A DNA stretch of 64,000 nucleotides from an uncultured Chitinophagaceae bacterium (GTDB lineage: Bacteria; Bacteroidota; Ignavibacteria; UBA10030; UBA8401), in contig CAYPEM010000007.1 of NCBI GenBank assembly GCA_964409765.1, positions 12,033-76,032 of the forward strand, written 5' to 3'. The notes under the pieces were generated by a model that saw only the letters and a list, made by a program, of their open reading frames with translations, was not told the origin of the DNA and made no database searches. The translations under genes were made by a program, and so were the position numbers. Of the stretch, positions 49,912 to 57,959 are shown in pieces; position 1 is the first letter of the stretch, and the number at the start of each line of letters is the position of its first letter.

Positions 49912-50240
49912 TGGTACCCAATTACGCTTGTCCAACTTGCAATAAAAAATATTTCGATCCGCCTTTTCTCTGCACCGATTGCGGAACGGAAATGGGATGG
50001 AAGTGTTCCTCATGTAACCACGGAAACCCATTGGTGTACCGACGGTGCGGCAAATGCGCAATGCCAATTCCAATGGTGATTGCAGCGATGATCAAAGAAG
50101 GAAAACAATTACGTATCATTAATATCCCTCAATACAGCGAAAGTGATATCAGCGAGTTGCTGGAAGAGGGTGAACGCCTCGTAGCCAAAAAAGAAATTCA
50201 AACTCTCACCCAAGCGGATCTCGATAAACTTTTCGAATAG
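49911..50240 (+). CDS. Double-zinc-ribbon protein with C-terminal TQADLDKLFE tail (DZR1)
   Basis: Four CxxC pairs in the first ~50 aa. TAATG overlap with REC1, and the stop lies 3 nt before the ATPase1 start. Confidence 0.7.
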   Translation: MVPNYACPTCNKKYFDPPFLCTDCGTEMGWKCSSCNHGNPLVYRRCGKCAMPIPMVIAAMIKEGKQLRIINIPQYSESDISELLEEGERLVAKKEIQTLTQADLDKLFE

Positions 50241-50243
50241 CCT

Positions 50244-51947
50244 ATGTTTAACCGCGAAGATCTTCAATTCCGAGATTACTGTATCACCAATAAAATCCTT
50301 TCAGAAGAACGCTGGAAACAGTTTGTTGATACCGCCAATAATTACGGGATGAACGAAGGTTTTTCTAAAGCGCTCATTGAATTCAAATTTTTTACTCCGG
50401 AAGAACTCGTCAGTCATATTGGAAAAGCATTTACGCTTCCGGTGATGAAATTATATGCTGAGACAAACTCTGCTCCGCATGAGATACTCTCTATCACATT
50501 CATACGAAAACATCGGGTGATTCCGATGTTCCTGTTCGGGAATGAACTGACTATTGCATTCATTGATCCGCCTTATAAATCTGTTTTGGATGAACTCGCA
50601 AAACTCACACAAAAAAAGATTGTTCCAGTGATCTCTGCGGCACCGGATTTTGATGAGACCTTGAAAATTCAACAAGGCGGGTTTGACGAATTAAAAAGGA
50701 TCGCAAGTGCCATCGACATTCAAAAATTTGATGTCGTTCGTACGGGTGAAAAAGAAGTAGATCGTTTGGAAAAGATTGGTGAGTTTCCTCCGATGATAGA
50801 ATTGGTTGATGAGATATTCCTAAGGGCAATAAAAATTGGGGCTAGCGATATCCACGTTGAACCATTTGAGGAGGAAATACGACTCCGTTTTCGTTTGGAT
50901 GGTGTATTGCAGCGTGTTGCCTCGTTTCCTCATAAGATTGCAGAAGGTATGGCCGCGGTGATCAAAACCAAAGCGGACATGGATATCTTTGAAAAGAAGA
51001 AACCACAAGATGGTCGTATCTCGCTGACACTTGAAACACGATCATTTGATCTTCGGGTAAATTCACTTCCGACAGTGAATGGTGAAAAAATTGTGCTGCG
51101 GATTCTGAATAAAACATCCATCAATAAAAAGATCAATGACCTTGGACTTGCTACGCACAACCTTGCGATGCTGGAGCATTTGCTGACCCAGCCTAATGGA
51201 TTATTGCTTGTTACAGGCCCGACCGGAAGTGGAAAAAGTACGACATTGTATGCGGCAGTAAATCATATTAAAAATGTTGAAAAGAATATTGTAACGGTAG
51301 AAAATCCTGTTGAATACCTGGTTGACACAGTCAATCAAGTGAATGTCGATCCCGATCGCGATCTTACTTTTGCAAACGCATTGCGAGCTATTTTGCGTCA
51401 AGATCCGGATGTTGCGTTGGTGGGAGAAATTCGCGATACCGAAACCGGAATTATTGCAACGGAAGCAGCCTTAACCGGACATTTAGTGTTAAGCACACTC
51501 CATACCAATGATGCAGTGGGTGCAATTCCCCGGTTGATCAATATGGGTGTTCCGTCATATTGGCTTGCTCCGGCTTTGATCGGAGTTCTTGCACAACGAT
51601 TGGTACGGAAGATCTGCGAGCATTGCAAAGATGAATATCAGCCGACTGATGAAGTATTTTACAAGGCAGGATTAAGCAGTCTTTCCGGTCGAGCTCCATT
51701 TTTCCGCGGCACAGGATGTAAAAAATGTAATTTCCAGGGATTTAGCGGACGACTTGCAATCCATGAAGTATTTATTGTCAATGAAGAAATTCAAAACCTG
51801 ATTTATCAAAACGAAACCACTACAAAGATCCGTGATGCAGCAATAAAAAGCGGATTCCGTGATCTTCGTTTTGACGGTCTGAAAAAAGTAATAGCTGGCC
51901 TGACGACTTTAGAAGAGATTCACCGGGTAACCCGTTCAACGTTGTAA
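50244..51947 (+). CDS. GspE/PilB-family secretion-type ATPase (paralog 1, all catalytic boxes intact)
   Basis: T2SSE N-domain, Walker A GPTGSGKST, Asp box TVENPVEY, Walker B ALVGEIRD, His box TGHLVLSTLHTNDA, tetracysteine CEHC..CKKC. Confidence 0.92.
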   Translation: MFNREDLQFRDYCITNKILSEERWKQFVDTANNYGMNEGFSKALIEFKFFTPEELVSHIGKAFTLPVMKLYAETNSAPHEILSITFIRKHRVIPMFLFGNELTIAFIDPPYKSVLDELAKLTQKKIVPVISAAPDFDETLKIQQGGFDELKRIASAIDIQKFDVVRTGEKEVDRLEKIGEFPPMIELVDEIFLRAIKIGASDIHVEPFEEEIRLRFRLDGVLQRVASFPHKIAEGMAAVIKTKADMDIFEKKKPQDGRISLTLETRSFDLRVNSLPTVNGEKIVLRILNKTSINKKINDLGLATHNLAMLEHLLTQPNGLLLVTGPTGSGKSTTLYAAVNHIKNVEKNIVTVENPVEYLVDTVNQVNVDPDRDLTFANALRAILRQDPDVALVGEIRDTETGIIATEAALTGHLVLSTLHTNDAVGAIPRLINMGVPSYWLAPALIGVLAQRLVRKICEHCKDEYQPTDEVFYKAGLSSLSGRAPFFRGTGCKKCNFQGFSGRLAIHEVFIVNEEIQNLIYQNETTTKIRDAAIKSGFRDLRFDGLKKVIAGLTTLEEIHRVTRSTL

Positions 51948-51963
51948 TTATTGTGATCATATT

Positions 51964-52353
51964 ATGAAAATTGAAGATGTTTCTGTATTAGTTGTCGACG
52001 ACTCCGATCATATTCGGACTTTGTTTGCGATGACGCTAAAAAAAATGGGAATCAAAAATGTGCATTATGCTGCAGATGGTGCAGAGGGTCTACTCCGATT
52101 CAATAATGATAAACCAACCATTACATTTTTGGATAATATGCTGCCAAAACTTTCAGGTATGGAAGTGTTGAAAGAGATACGAGCAGTAAAATCCGATGCG
52201 ATTGTCGTCATTGTCTCAGCGGTATCAAGCATCGAAGTAGTTCAGGAAGCGAAAAGGAGAGGGGCGAGCTATTATCTTGTGAAACCATACATGCCATCAA
52301 AAATTGTTGAAATCATACAAAAGTTATTGACCCTTGAAGGGAGTGCAATATGA
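51964..52353 (+). CDS. Single-domain CheY-like response regulator (REC2)
   Basis: VVDDSD, TFLDNMLP, IVSA and SYYLVKPY motifs. Confidence 0.9.
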   Translation: MKIEDVSVLVVDDSDHIRTLFAMTLKKMGIKNVHYAADGAEGLLRFNNDKPTITFLDNMLPKLSGMEVLKEIRAVKSDAIVVIVSAVSSIEVVQEAKRRGASYYLVKPYMPSKIVEIIQKLLTLEGSAI

Positions 52354-52670
52354 TATGTACTTCATGTGGAAATGATAATCCACGAACAACACCCGAATGC
52401 ATCAGTTGTGGAAACAAATTAACGGTGATCCGCTGCAAATGCGGTTTCTTCAATTCATTAATGGATTCGTACTGCGGATCCTGCGGTAAGCAATTGATGA
52501 AATCAAATACGATATCGCGTACGCAGCGGTTTGAATCGATCTCGACAATAGCATCACCATTTACCGAGCAGGAATTAATGCGCATCGTTGAAGTGAATCA
52601 GATGCAAAATCATCTGGAACAAAACACCAACATGGTGTCACAAAATGATATTGATAAACTTTTTGAGTAA
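52350..52670 (+). CDS. Double-zinc-ribbon protein with C-terminal SQNDIDKLFE tail (DZR2)
   Basis: CTSC, CISC, CKC and CGSC pairs. ATGA overlap with REC2, and the stop lies 3 nt before the ATPase2 start. Confidence 0.7.
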   Translation: MICTSCGNDNPRTTPECISCGNKLTVIRCKCGFFNSLMDSYCGSCGKQLMKSNTISRTQRFESISTIASPFTEQELMRIVEVNQMQNHLEQNTNMVSQNDIDKLFE

Positions 52671-52673
52671 GTT

Positions 52674-54368
52674 ATGATCAGAGATGAAGATGTTCGACTA
52701 TCAAAATTCCTCTTTACCAAAGGATATATCGATAAGTTAAAGTTTGATAAGTTCCACAGGATCATGAATGAACCTGATGGCAAACAATGTGTTGAAGTAT
52801 TAATAGATGCAATGGGGGTAAATGACGAAATTGTCGCAACGGCAATCTCGGAAGAATTCAAGATACCCTATGTCAACCTCTCCTCTTCAATAATCACTCT
52901 CAATAGTCCATCCCTAAAAGATGAATTCCTAAAAAAATACCAGGCGCTTCCCATCATTCGCAGCGGTGTGGAACTTACAGTCGCATTCATAAATCCGCCG
53001 TATAAGGATGTTGTCGATGAAATGCGTCGTGATTCAAAAGTATTCGTTGTTCCGGTTGCTGTTAGACGCTCTGCGTTTGATGCGATAACTAAAAAAGTTC
53101 ATGTTGAGGAAGTTGATGAGTATCAACAAATACCATCAAAGTTTCAGCTGGATATGATCGATACCCGTAAGCGATCGAAGGAAAAAATAAATGAACTAAT
53201 GAAGTCCGGGAAACTGCCCAATGCCGATGTATTGATCGATGAGATCCTCATTACCGCGATCAAAAATGGTGCTACGGATATTTATTTTGAACCGATGGAA
53301 CAGGAATTTCGCGTACGGTATAATATCGACAGCGTTCTTGAACATGCAGTGTCGTTACCAAAAGAAATGACCGAAGCGTTATGCAATGTTATGCGGTCCC
53401 GCGGCAGTCTTAATATGTTTGAAAAAAAGAAACCTCAAGATGGACGGTATTCGTCAAATTACGGCAAATTCCATTTTGACATGCGCGTTAGCACACTACC
53501 GACTGTTGAGGGGGAACGATTTTCAGTTCGAATCCTAAAAAAGAATAACAGAGCTGTTGATATTAATGATATTGGTCTCTCACCGGAGAATTTGTCACTG
53601 GTTCGTTATCTGCTCAATCGTCCTCGCGGATTGCTCGTTATAGCCGGGCCGTCTGCCGCGGGTAAAACAACGACCGTCTACGGATGTATGAATGAACTGA
53701 AGGATTCTCAAAAAAACATCATTACCGTTGAAAATCCTGTGGAGTACCGTCTTGAATTTGCAAGCCAAGTCCAGGTGGATGTTGATCAGAAAATGGATTA
53801 TGCATCTTCAATGAGAGCGGTGCTTCGGCAACATCCCGATTTGATCTTCCTTGGAGAAATTCGAGATGCTGAGGCTGGAAGTGCAGCTGCAGAAGCAGCG
53901 CTGACGGGAACAATGGTTGTAACAACAATTCTTTCCAGTGATGCGCTGTCATGCATTCCCCGAATGACAAATTTTGGAATTCCACCGTCATGGCTGGCTC
54001 AAACATTAAACGGAATCATCTATCAGCAATTAGTTCGTAAAATTTGCAATCATTGCCGAGAAAGTTATAAACCGACAAAGCATATGTTAAATGCTGCCGG
54101 GTTGAATCAATTGGAGGATTCAATTTTATTGTACCGCGGCAGCGGCTGTGAAGTGTGCGGTGGAGATGGATATTTGGGAAGAACGGCAATCCATGAGATT
54201 TTAGTTGTCGATGAAGATCTCAAAGATTTGATCTTTCATCAAGCATCACCCGTTAAAGTGAAAGAAGTTGCTACCAAAAAAGGTTTTGAAACCATCCGGT
54301 TTGATGCGGTAAAAAAACTTGTTTCAGGTGTCATTGCACTGGAAGAATATCTGCGAGTACTTGGTTAA
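52674..54368 (+). CDS. GspE/PilB-family ATPase paralog 2 with degenerate His box
   Basis: Walker A GPSAAGKTT, TVENPVEY, FLGEIRD, and CNHC..CEVC. TGTMVVTTILSSDA replaces the His box. Confidence 0.9.
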   Translation: MIRDEDVRLSKFLFTKGYIDKLKFDKFHRIMNEPDGKQCVEVLIDAMGVNDEIVATAISEEFKIPYVNLSSSIITLNSPSLKDEFLKKYQALPIIRSGVELTVAFINPPYKDVVDEMRRDSKVFVVPVAVRRSAFDAITKKVHVEEVDEYQQIPSKFQLDMIDTRKRSKEKINELMKSGKLPNADVLIDEILITAIKNGATDIYFEPMEQEFRVRYNIDSVLEHAVSLPKEMTEALCNVMRSRGSLNMFEKKKPQDGRYSSNYGKFHFDMRVSTLPTVEGERFSVRILKKNNRAVDINDIGLSPENLSLVRYLLNRPRGLLVIAGPSAAGKTTTVYGCMNELKDSQKNIITVENPVEYRLEFASQVQVDVDQKMDYASSMRAVLRQHPDLIFLGEIRDAEAGSAAAEAALTGTMVVTTILSSDALSCIPRMTNFGIPPSWLAQTLNGIIYQQLVRKICNHCRESYKPTKHMLNAAGLNQLEDSILLYRGSGCEVCGGDGYLGRTAIHEILVVDEDLKDLIFHQASPVKVKEVATKKGFETIRFDAVKKLVSGVIALEEYLRVLG

Positions 54369-54390
54369 CCTAATTCACTAATCGCAAATT

Positions 54391-54419
54391 AAAGGACGCA
54401 GAGTGAATGCGTCCTTTTT
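54391..54419 (+). terminator. Rho-independent terminator closing the REC/DZR/ATPase array
   Basis: AAAGGACGCA-GAGTGAA-TGCGTCCTTT followed by TT. Confidence 0.85.
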
Positions 54420-54433
54420 ATTTACTACCAACA

Positions 54434-55378
54434 ATGAACAGAACAGATCGATTATTTGCCATTCTTCTTAACATTCAATCCAATGCACGTGTACGTGCAG
54501 AAGATCTGGCTGCAAGATTTGATATAACAAAACGAACTGTCTATCGAGATATTTCTGCACTCATTGAGGCTGATGTTCCGATCATAGGAAAAGCGGGAGA
54601 AGGTTATTCAATCGAAGATGGTTATTTCCTTCCGCCCGTCAGTTTTACCAAGGCTGAAGCGTTACTGTTGATTCTTGGAGCCGATGCAGTAGGGCAGCAT
54701 TTTGATGCGCAGTATAAAAAGGCTGCGCGATCAGCAGAAAATAAAATTCAAGCATCCCTTTCCAAAGATCTCAAGAAGGAAGTAGCGTACTTAAAAAGCT
54801 ACATCAGTTTTTTCTCTGGAATCAACAGCGGAAAAGGAACATTGAACGATGCGATGCAGAAAATTCGTCGCGGCATTATAGAAAAGAAGAGCCTTGCATT
54901 TCGGTACTTCAAACGATATTCCGATACCACCGAACCTATGGTTCGGGAAGTCGATCCGTATGCACTGACAAACTTTTATGGCAATTGGGCAATGTCCGGT
55001 TATGACCATTTAAGGAACGATCTACGGATGTTCCGCCTGGACAGAATGGAAGCGGTGTTGGTGACAAGCAAATCGTTTGAGCGTCCGAAGAATTTTCGCT
55101 TTTCACAACTGGCAAAGGAAGATCAATCTATAAAGACATTGTATCAAGTGAAGATTGCGAAAGATATTTTCCGTTGGGTAAAAGAACAACCTCCGTATAA
55201 GATCATTAAAACACAAACCCTAAAGAAACATATTCTTCTCACTATTGAATCTTCGAATGAAAATTCACTCGTCACATGGCTTCTGCGATGGGGAGACAAA
55301 GCTGAAGCTGTTTCTCCCACAGCATTCCGTGAGAATATCAAGACCACTCTCGCAAGACTTCTAGAAGTCTACGAATAA
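54434..55378 (+). CDS. YafY-type HTH-WYL transcriptional regulator
   Basis: MNRTDRLFAILLNIQS..RAEDLAARFDITKRTVYRDISAL, followed by a WYL-type central domain. Start moved past the terminator. Confidence 0.85.
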   Translation: MNRTDRLFAILLNIQSNARVRAEDLAARFDITKRTVYRDISALIEADVPIIGKAGEGYSIEDGYFLPPVSFTKAEALLLILGADAVGQHFDAQYKKAARSAENKIQASLSKDLKKEVAYLKSYISFFSGINSGKGTLNDAMQKIRRGIIEKKSLAFRYFKRYSDTTEPMVREVDPYALTNFYGNWAMSGYDHLRNDLRMFRLDRMEAVLVTSKSFERPKNFRFSQLAKEDQSIKTLYQVKIAKDIFRWVKEQPPYKIIKTQTLKKHILLTIESSNENSLVTWLLRWGDKAEAVSPTAFRENIKTTLARLLEVYE

Positions 55379-55417
55379 AATCTCCCTATTTGTAACTATA
55401 CATTAGCCAATTCCTGC

Positions 55418-55433
55418 TGACATAGGGTTGTCA
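55418..55433. promoter_or_regulatory. Short inverted repeat, possible operator
   Basis: TGACA-N6-TGTCA between the WYL gene and the GyrI-like gene. Confidence 0.25.
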
Positions 55434-55583
55434 CACTTCTTTGGTAGATTTGTATTGTCGTTACGAACAAATCACAGGAAAGAAATATGACACTCGTTAA
55501 AATTCCATTGTTCATAGCATTTCTCATTCGAAAAATTTCGATTGGGATCACCATACATTACAATAACAGACAAAAGGTTTGGT

Positions 55584-56195
55584 ATGAAAAAAATTGATTA
55601 TAAAAAAGAACTACACTCGCTGTATGCTCCCTCAGCCAAAGAGATTTCCATTGTTGACGTATCGGATATGAACTACCTTATGATTGACGGAAAGGGTGAC
55701 CCAAATAAGGTTAAGGAATTCGGCGAAGCGATTGAAGCATTGTACGCTGTTTCATACACAATGAAATTTATGATAAAGAAAGGTACGCCCGGAATGGATT
55801 ACAGTGTTCTGCCGTTGGAAGGATTGTGGTGGGTGCCGAACATGGAAGAGTTTAGTGCACTGCGCAAAGATGATTGGCTCTGGACCGCAATGATTATGCA
55901 GCCGGAAATGATAACGAAAGAGGTTTTCCAAGATGCTATTGTATCTGTACGTAAGAAAAAGAATCTTGCGGCAATTGAAAAGTTGAGATTTGAGTCGTAC
56001 GAAGAAGGGAAATGCGCCCAGATATTGTACATTGGTCCGTACAGCGGCGAGGCTCCGACCATTGCACGGTTACATGAATTTATCACTCACAGCGGACGCA
56101 GGCTGACCGGAAAACATCACGAAATTTATTTGAACGATCCGCGGAAAACGGTACCCGAAAAACTTAAAACAATCATCCGTCAGCCGCTGATGTGA
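55584..56195 (+). CDS. GyrI-like small-molecule-binding domain protein
   Basis: About 200 aa; YLMIDGKGDPN .. LEGLWW .. QILYIGPY pattern, as I recall for GyrI-like/SbmC-fold proteins next to YafY regulators. Confidence 0.65.
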   Translation: MKKIDYKKELHSLYAPSAKEISIVDVSDMNYLMIDGKGDPNKVKEFGEAIEALYAVSYTMKFMIKKGTPGMDYSVLPLEGLWWVPNMEEFSALRKDDWLWTAMIMQPEMITKEVFQDAIVSVRKKKNLAAIEKLRFESYEEGKCAQILYIGPYSGEAPTIARLHEFITHSGRRLTGKHHEIYLNDPRKTVPEKLKTIIRQPLM

Positions 56196-56230
56196 GTTTG
56201 TAGAATCGGTTTCAAAATTACATAGCTATT

Positions 56231-56327
56231 GTCATTGCGAGCCGTTCTTTGGCGAAGCCTGCCTGACCGGCAGGCAGGCAATCTCGCTTTTTCTTCTTAA
56301 AGGAAAGATTGCTTCGGTCGCATTGAC
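56231..56327. repeat. GC-rich nested palindromic intergenic element
   Basis: Inverted pair of a ~22-nt unit: GTCATTGCGAG..CGAAGC..GCAATCT versus the reverse complement of AGATTGCTTCGGTCGCATTGAC. The forward copy carries an inserted 9-bp hairpin, GCCTGCCTG-ACCGG-CAGGCAGGC, at 56257-56279. Confidence 0.6.
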
Positions 56328-56382
56328 CACAGTTTTTATTTGATCTCTAAAAAATATTATTCACCTAAACAACAAAAATAAA

Positions 56383-56916
56383 ATGAACGAACGGAAAGTG
56401 ATTTTGTACATTGCAATGAGTCTTGACGGATATATTGCCCGTCAAGACGGAGATATCGATTGGCTCTCCATGGTTGAACAGTCCGGAGAAGATTATGGAT
56501 ATGGTGAATTCATCAAAACGATCGATACGGTTATCCTGGGGAGAAAGACGTACGATAAAGTACTGACGTTTGGAATTGGATTCCCGCACGCCGAGAAGGA
56601 GTGTTATGTCATCACGAGAAAGGAGATACCGCCGCAGGAGAAAATTATTTTTTACAATAAAGGCATAAAGGATTTGATTAACGGGCTAAAAAATAAAACA
56701 GGAAAGAATATTTTTGTGGATGGCGGTGCAGAGATCGTTAATGAATTGATGAGGGAACATTTATTTGATGAATATATTATTTCGATCATTCCAATAATAC
56801 TTGGAGATGGAATTCGTTTGTTCAACGGATCGCGGCCCGAAGAAAAAATAATAATGCTTAATTCAAAGCAGTATGAATCGGGTTTACTGCAGATTCATTA
56901 TCGCAAAGCTCAATAA
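56383..56916 (+). CDS. RibD C-terminal / dihydrofolate-reductase-like family protein
   Basis: ILYIAMSLDGYIARQDGDIDWL, VILGRKTY and FVDGGAEIV motifs. Confidence 0.8.
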   Translation: MNERKVILYIAMSLDGYIARQDGDIDWLSMVEQSGEDYGYGEFIKTIDTVILGRKTYDKVLTFGIGFPHAEKECYVITRKEIPPQEKIIFYNKGIKDLINGLKNKTGKNIFVDGGAEIVNELMREHLFDEYIISIIPIILGDGIRLFNGSRPEEKIIMLNSKQYESGLLQIHYRKAQ

Positions 56917-56944
56917 ATCGTATTAATTACATTAAGGAGAAACT

Positions 56945-57319
56945 ATGGAAACACTAACGCCAAATATTTTTGTGCATGATATAAATCGAACTATTGAATT
57001 CTATTCAATGCTCGGATTCACAGTTACTCTGTCCGTTCCTGAAAAAGGTGATTTTGACTGGGTAATGATGACCAATGGTGCTGTGACAATGATGTTTCAA
57101 ACTTTTGAAAGTCTTGGAACGGAATTGCCCGATGTGAAACGAACGAATGGCGGGTCGTTGATTCTCTACATCAAAATGAAACAGATTCGCTCCTTTTTTG
57201 AATCGCTTAAAGCAAATGTCCACGTGATTCAAGAACTACACAAAACCTTCTACGGTGCAACTGAATTCGCAATCAAAGATTGCAATGACTATATTTTGAC
57301 ATTTGCAGAAGATGAATAA
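56945..57319 (+). CDS. VOC (glyoxalase/bleomycin-resistance) family protein
   Basis: 124 aa single VOC module (FYSMLGF .. FAIKDCNDYILTF). Confidence 0.75.
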   Translation: METLTPNIFVHDINRTIEFYSMLGFTVTLSVPEKGDFDWVMMTNGAVTMMFQTFESLGTELPDVKRTNGGSLILYIKMKQIRSFFESLKANVHVIQELHKTFYGATEFAIKDCNDYILTFAEDE

Positions 57320-57344
57320 AATATTTTAACGAAAAGGAAAACCA

Positions 57345-57905
57345 ATGAACAACCATCGATGCGCGTGGGCTGGAACTGATCCGCTCTACAATTTATATCA
57401 TGACAAAGAGTGGGGCGTTCCGGTTCATAATGAAAGGAAGTTATTCGAAATGCTGAATCTTGAGGGGGCACAGGCGGGACTGAGTTGGATTACAATTCTT
57501 CGCAAACGGGAAAATTACCGAAAAGCATTCGACAATTTTGACCCGAAGAAGATTGTGAAATACAATGCGAAAAAAATCTCATCGCTGATGAAGAATGAAG
57601 GAATCGTTCGAAATCGACTCAAGATCCATTCTGTTATCTCGAATGCAAAAGCATTTTTAGAAGTGCAGAAGGAATTCGGGAGTTTCGACAAGTATATTTG
57701 GCAATTTGTAGGTAGGAAACCGATCATCAACAAGCGAAAATCAATTAAGGATATTCCGCCAAAAACAACAGAAGCAGAAAGTATGAGCAAAGATTTAAAA
57801 AAGCGCGGATTTCGATTTGTTGGCCCGACAATTTGTTACGCTTTTATGCAAGCCTGCGGTTTGGTGAATGATCATGAAGTGAAGTGCTTTCGATATAAAC
57901 AATGA
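57345..57905 (+). CDS. tag: DNA-3-methyladenine glycosylase I
   Basis: RCAWAGTDPLYNLYHDKEWGVP, LEGAQAGLSW, and the zinc-snap cysteines/histidines. Confidence 0.92.
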   Translation: MNNHRCAWAGTDPLYNLYHDKEWGVPVHNERKLFEMLNLEGAQAGLSWITILRKRENYRKAFDNFDPKKIVKYNAKKISSLMKNEGIVRNRLKIHSVISNAKAFLEVQKEFGSFDKYIWQFVGRKPIINKRKSIKDIPPKTTEAESMSKDLKKRGFRFVGPTICYAFMQACGLVNDHEVKCFRYKQ

Positions 57906-57959
57906 TGATGAAATAATCTGCTTTTCTTGAAACTCTCCAAAAAATTGCGCATTTTCAAA

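Noticed and set aside
52692-52772. MshEN-type c-di-GMP-binding motif in the ATPase2 N-terminus
   Set aside because: RLSKFLFTKGYIDKLKFDKFHRIM matches the recalled motif RLGxxLLxxGLLxxxxLxxxLxxQ only at R, L, L, G and some hydrophobic positions. The Gly3, Leu21 and Gln24 positions and the second tandem motif are missing, and ATPase1 matches worse. This is insufficient to claim c-di-GMP binding.
54434-55378. WYL regulator as a marker of a phage-defence island (BrxR/CapW-like)
   Set aside because: The neighbouring genes encode a GyrI-like protein, a reductase, a VOC protein and Tag on one side, and the GspE-like array behind a terminator on the other. I see no nuclease, methyltransferase, helicase or CBASS/BREX-type genes.
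55487-55597. 36-codon hydrophobic ORF (MTLVKIPLFIAFLIRK...) with an AGGAAA upstream, overlapping the GyrI-like gene start
   Set aside because: It could be a leader peptide, but it overlaps the downstream start in another frame and I cannot assess conservation. Not called.
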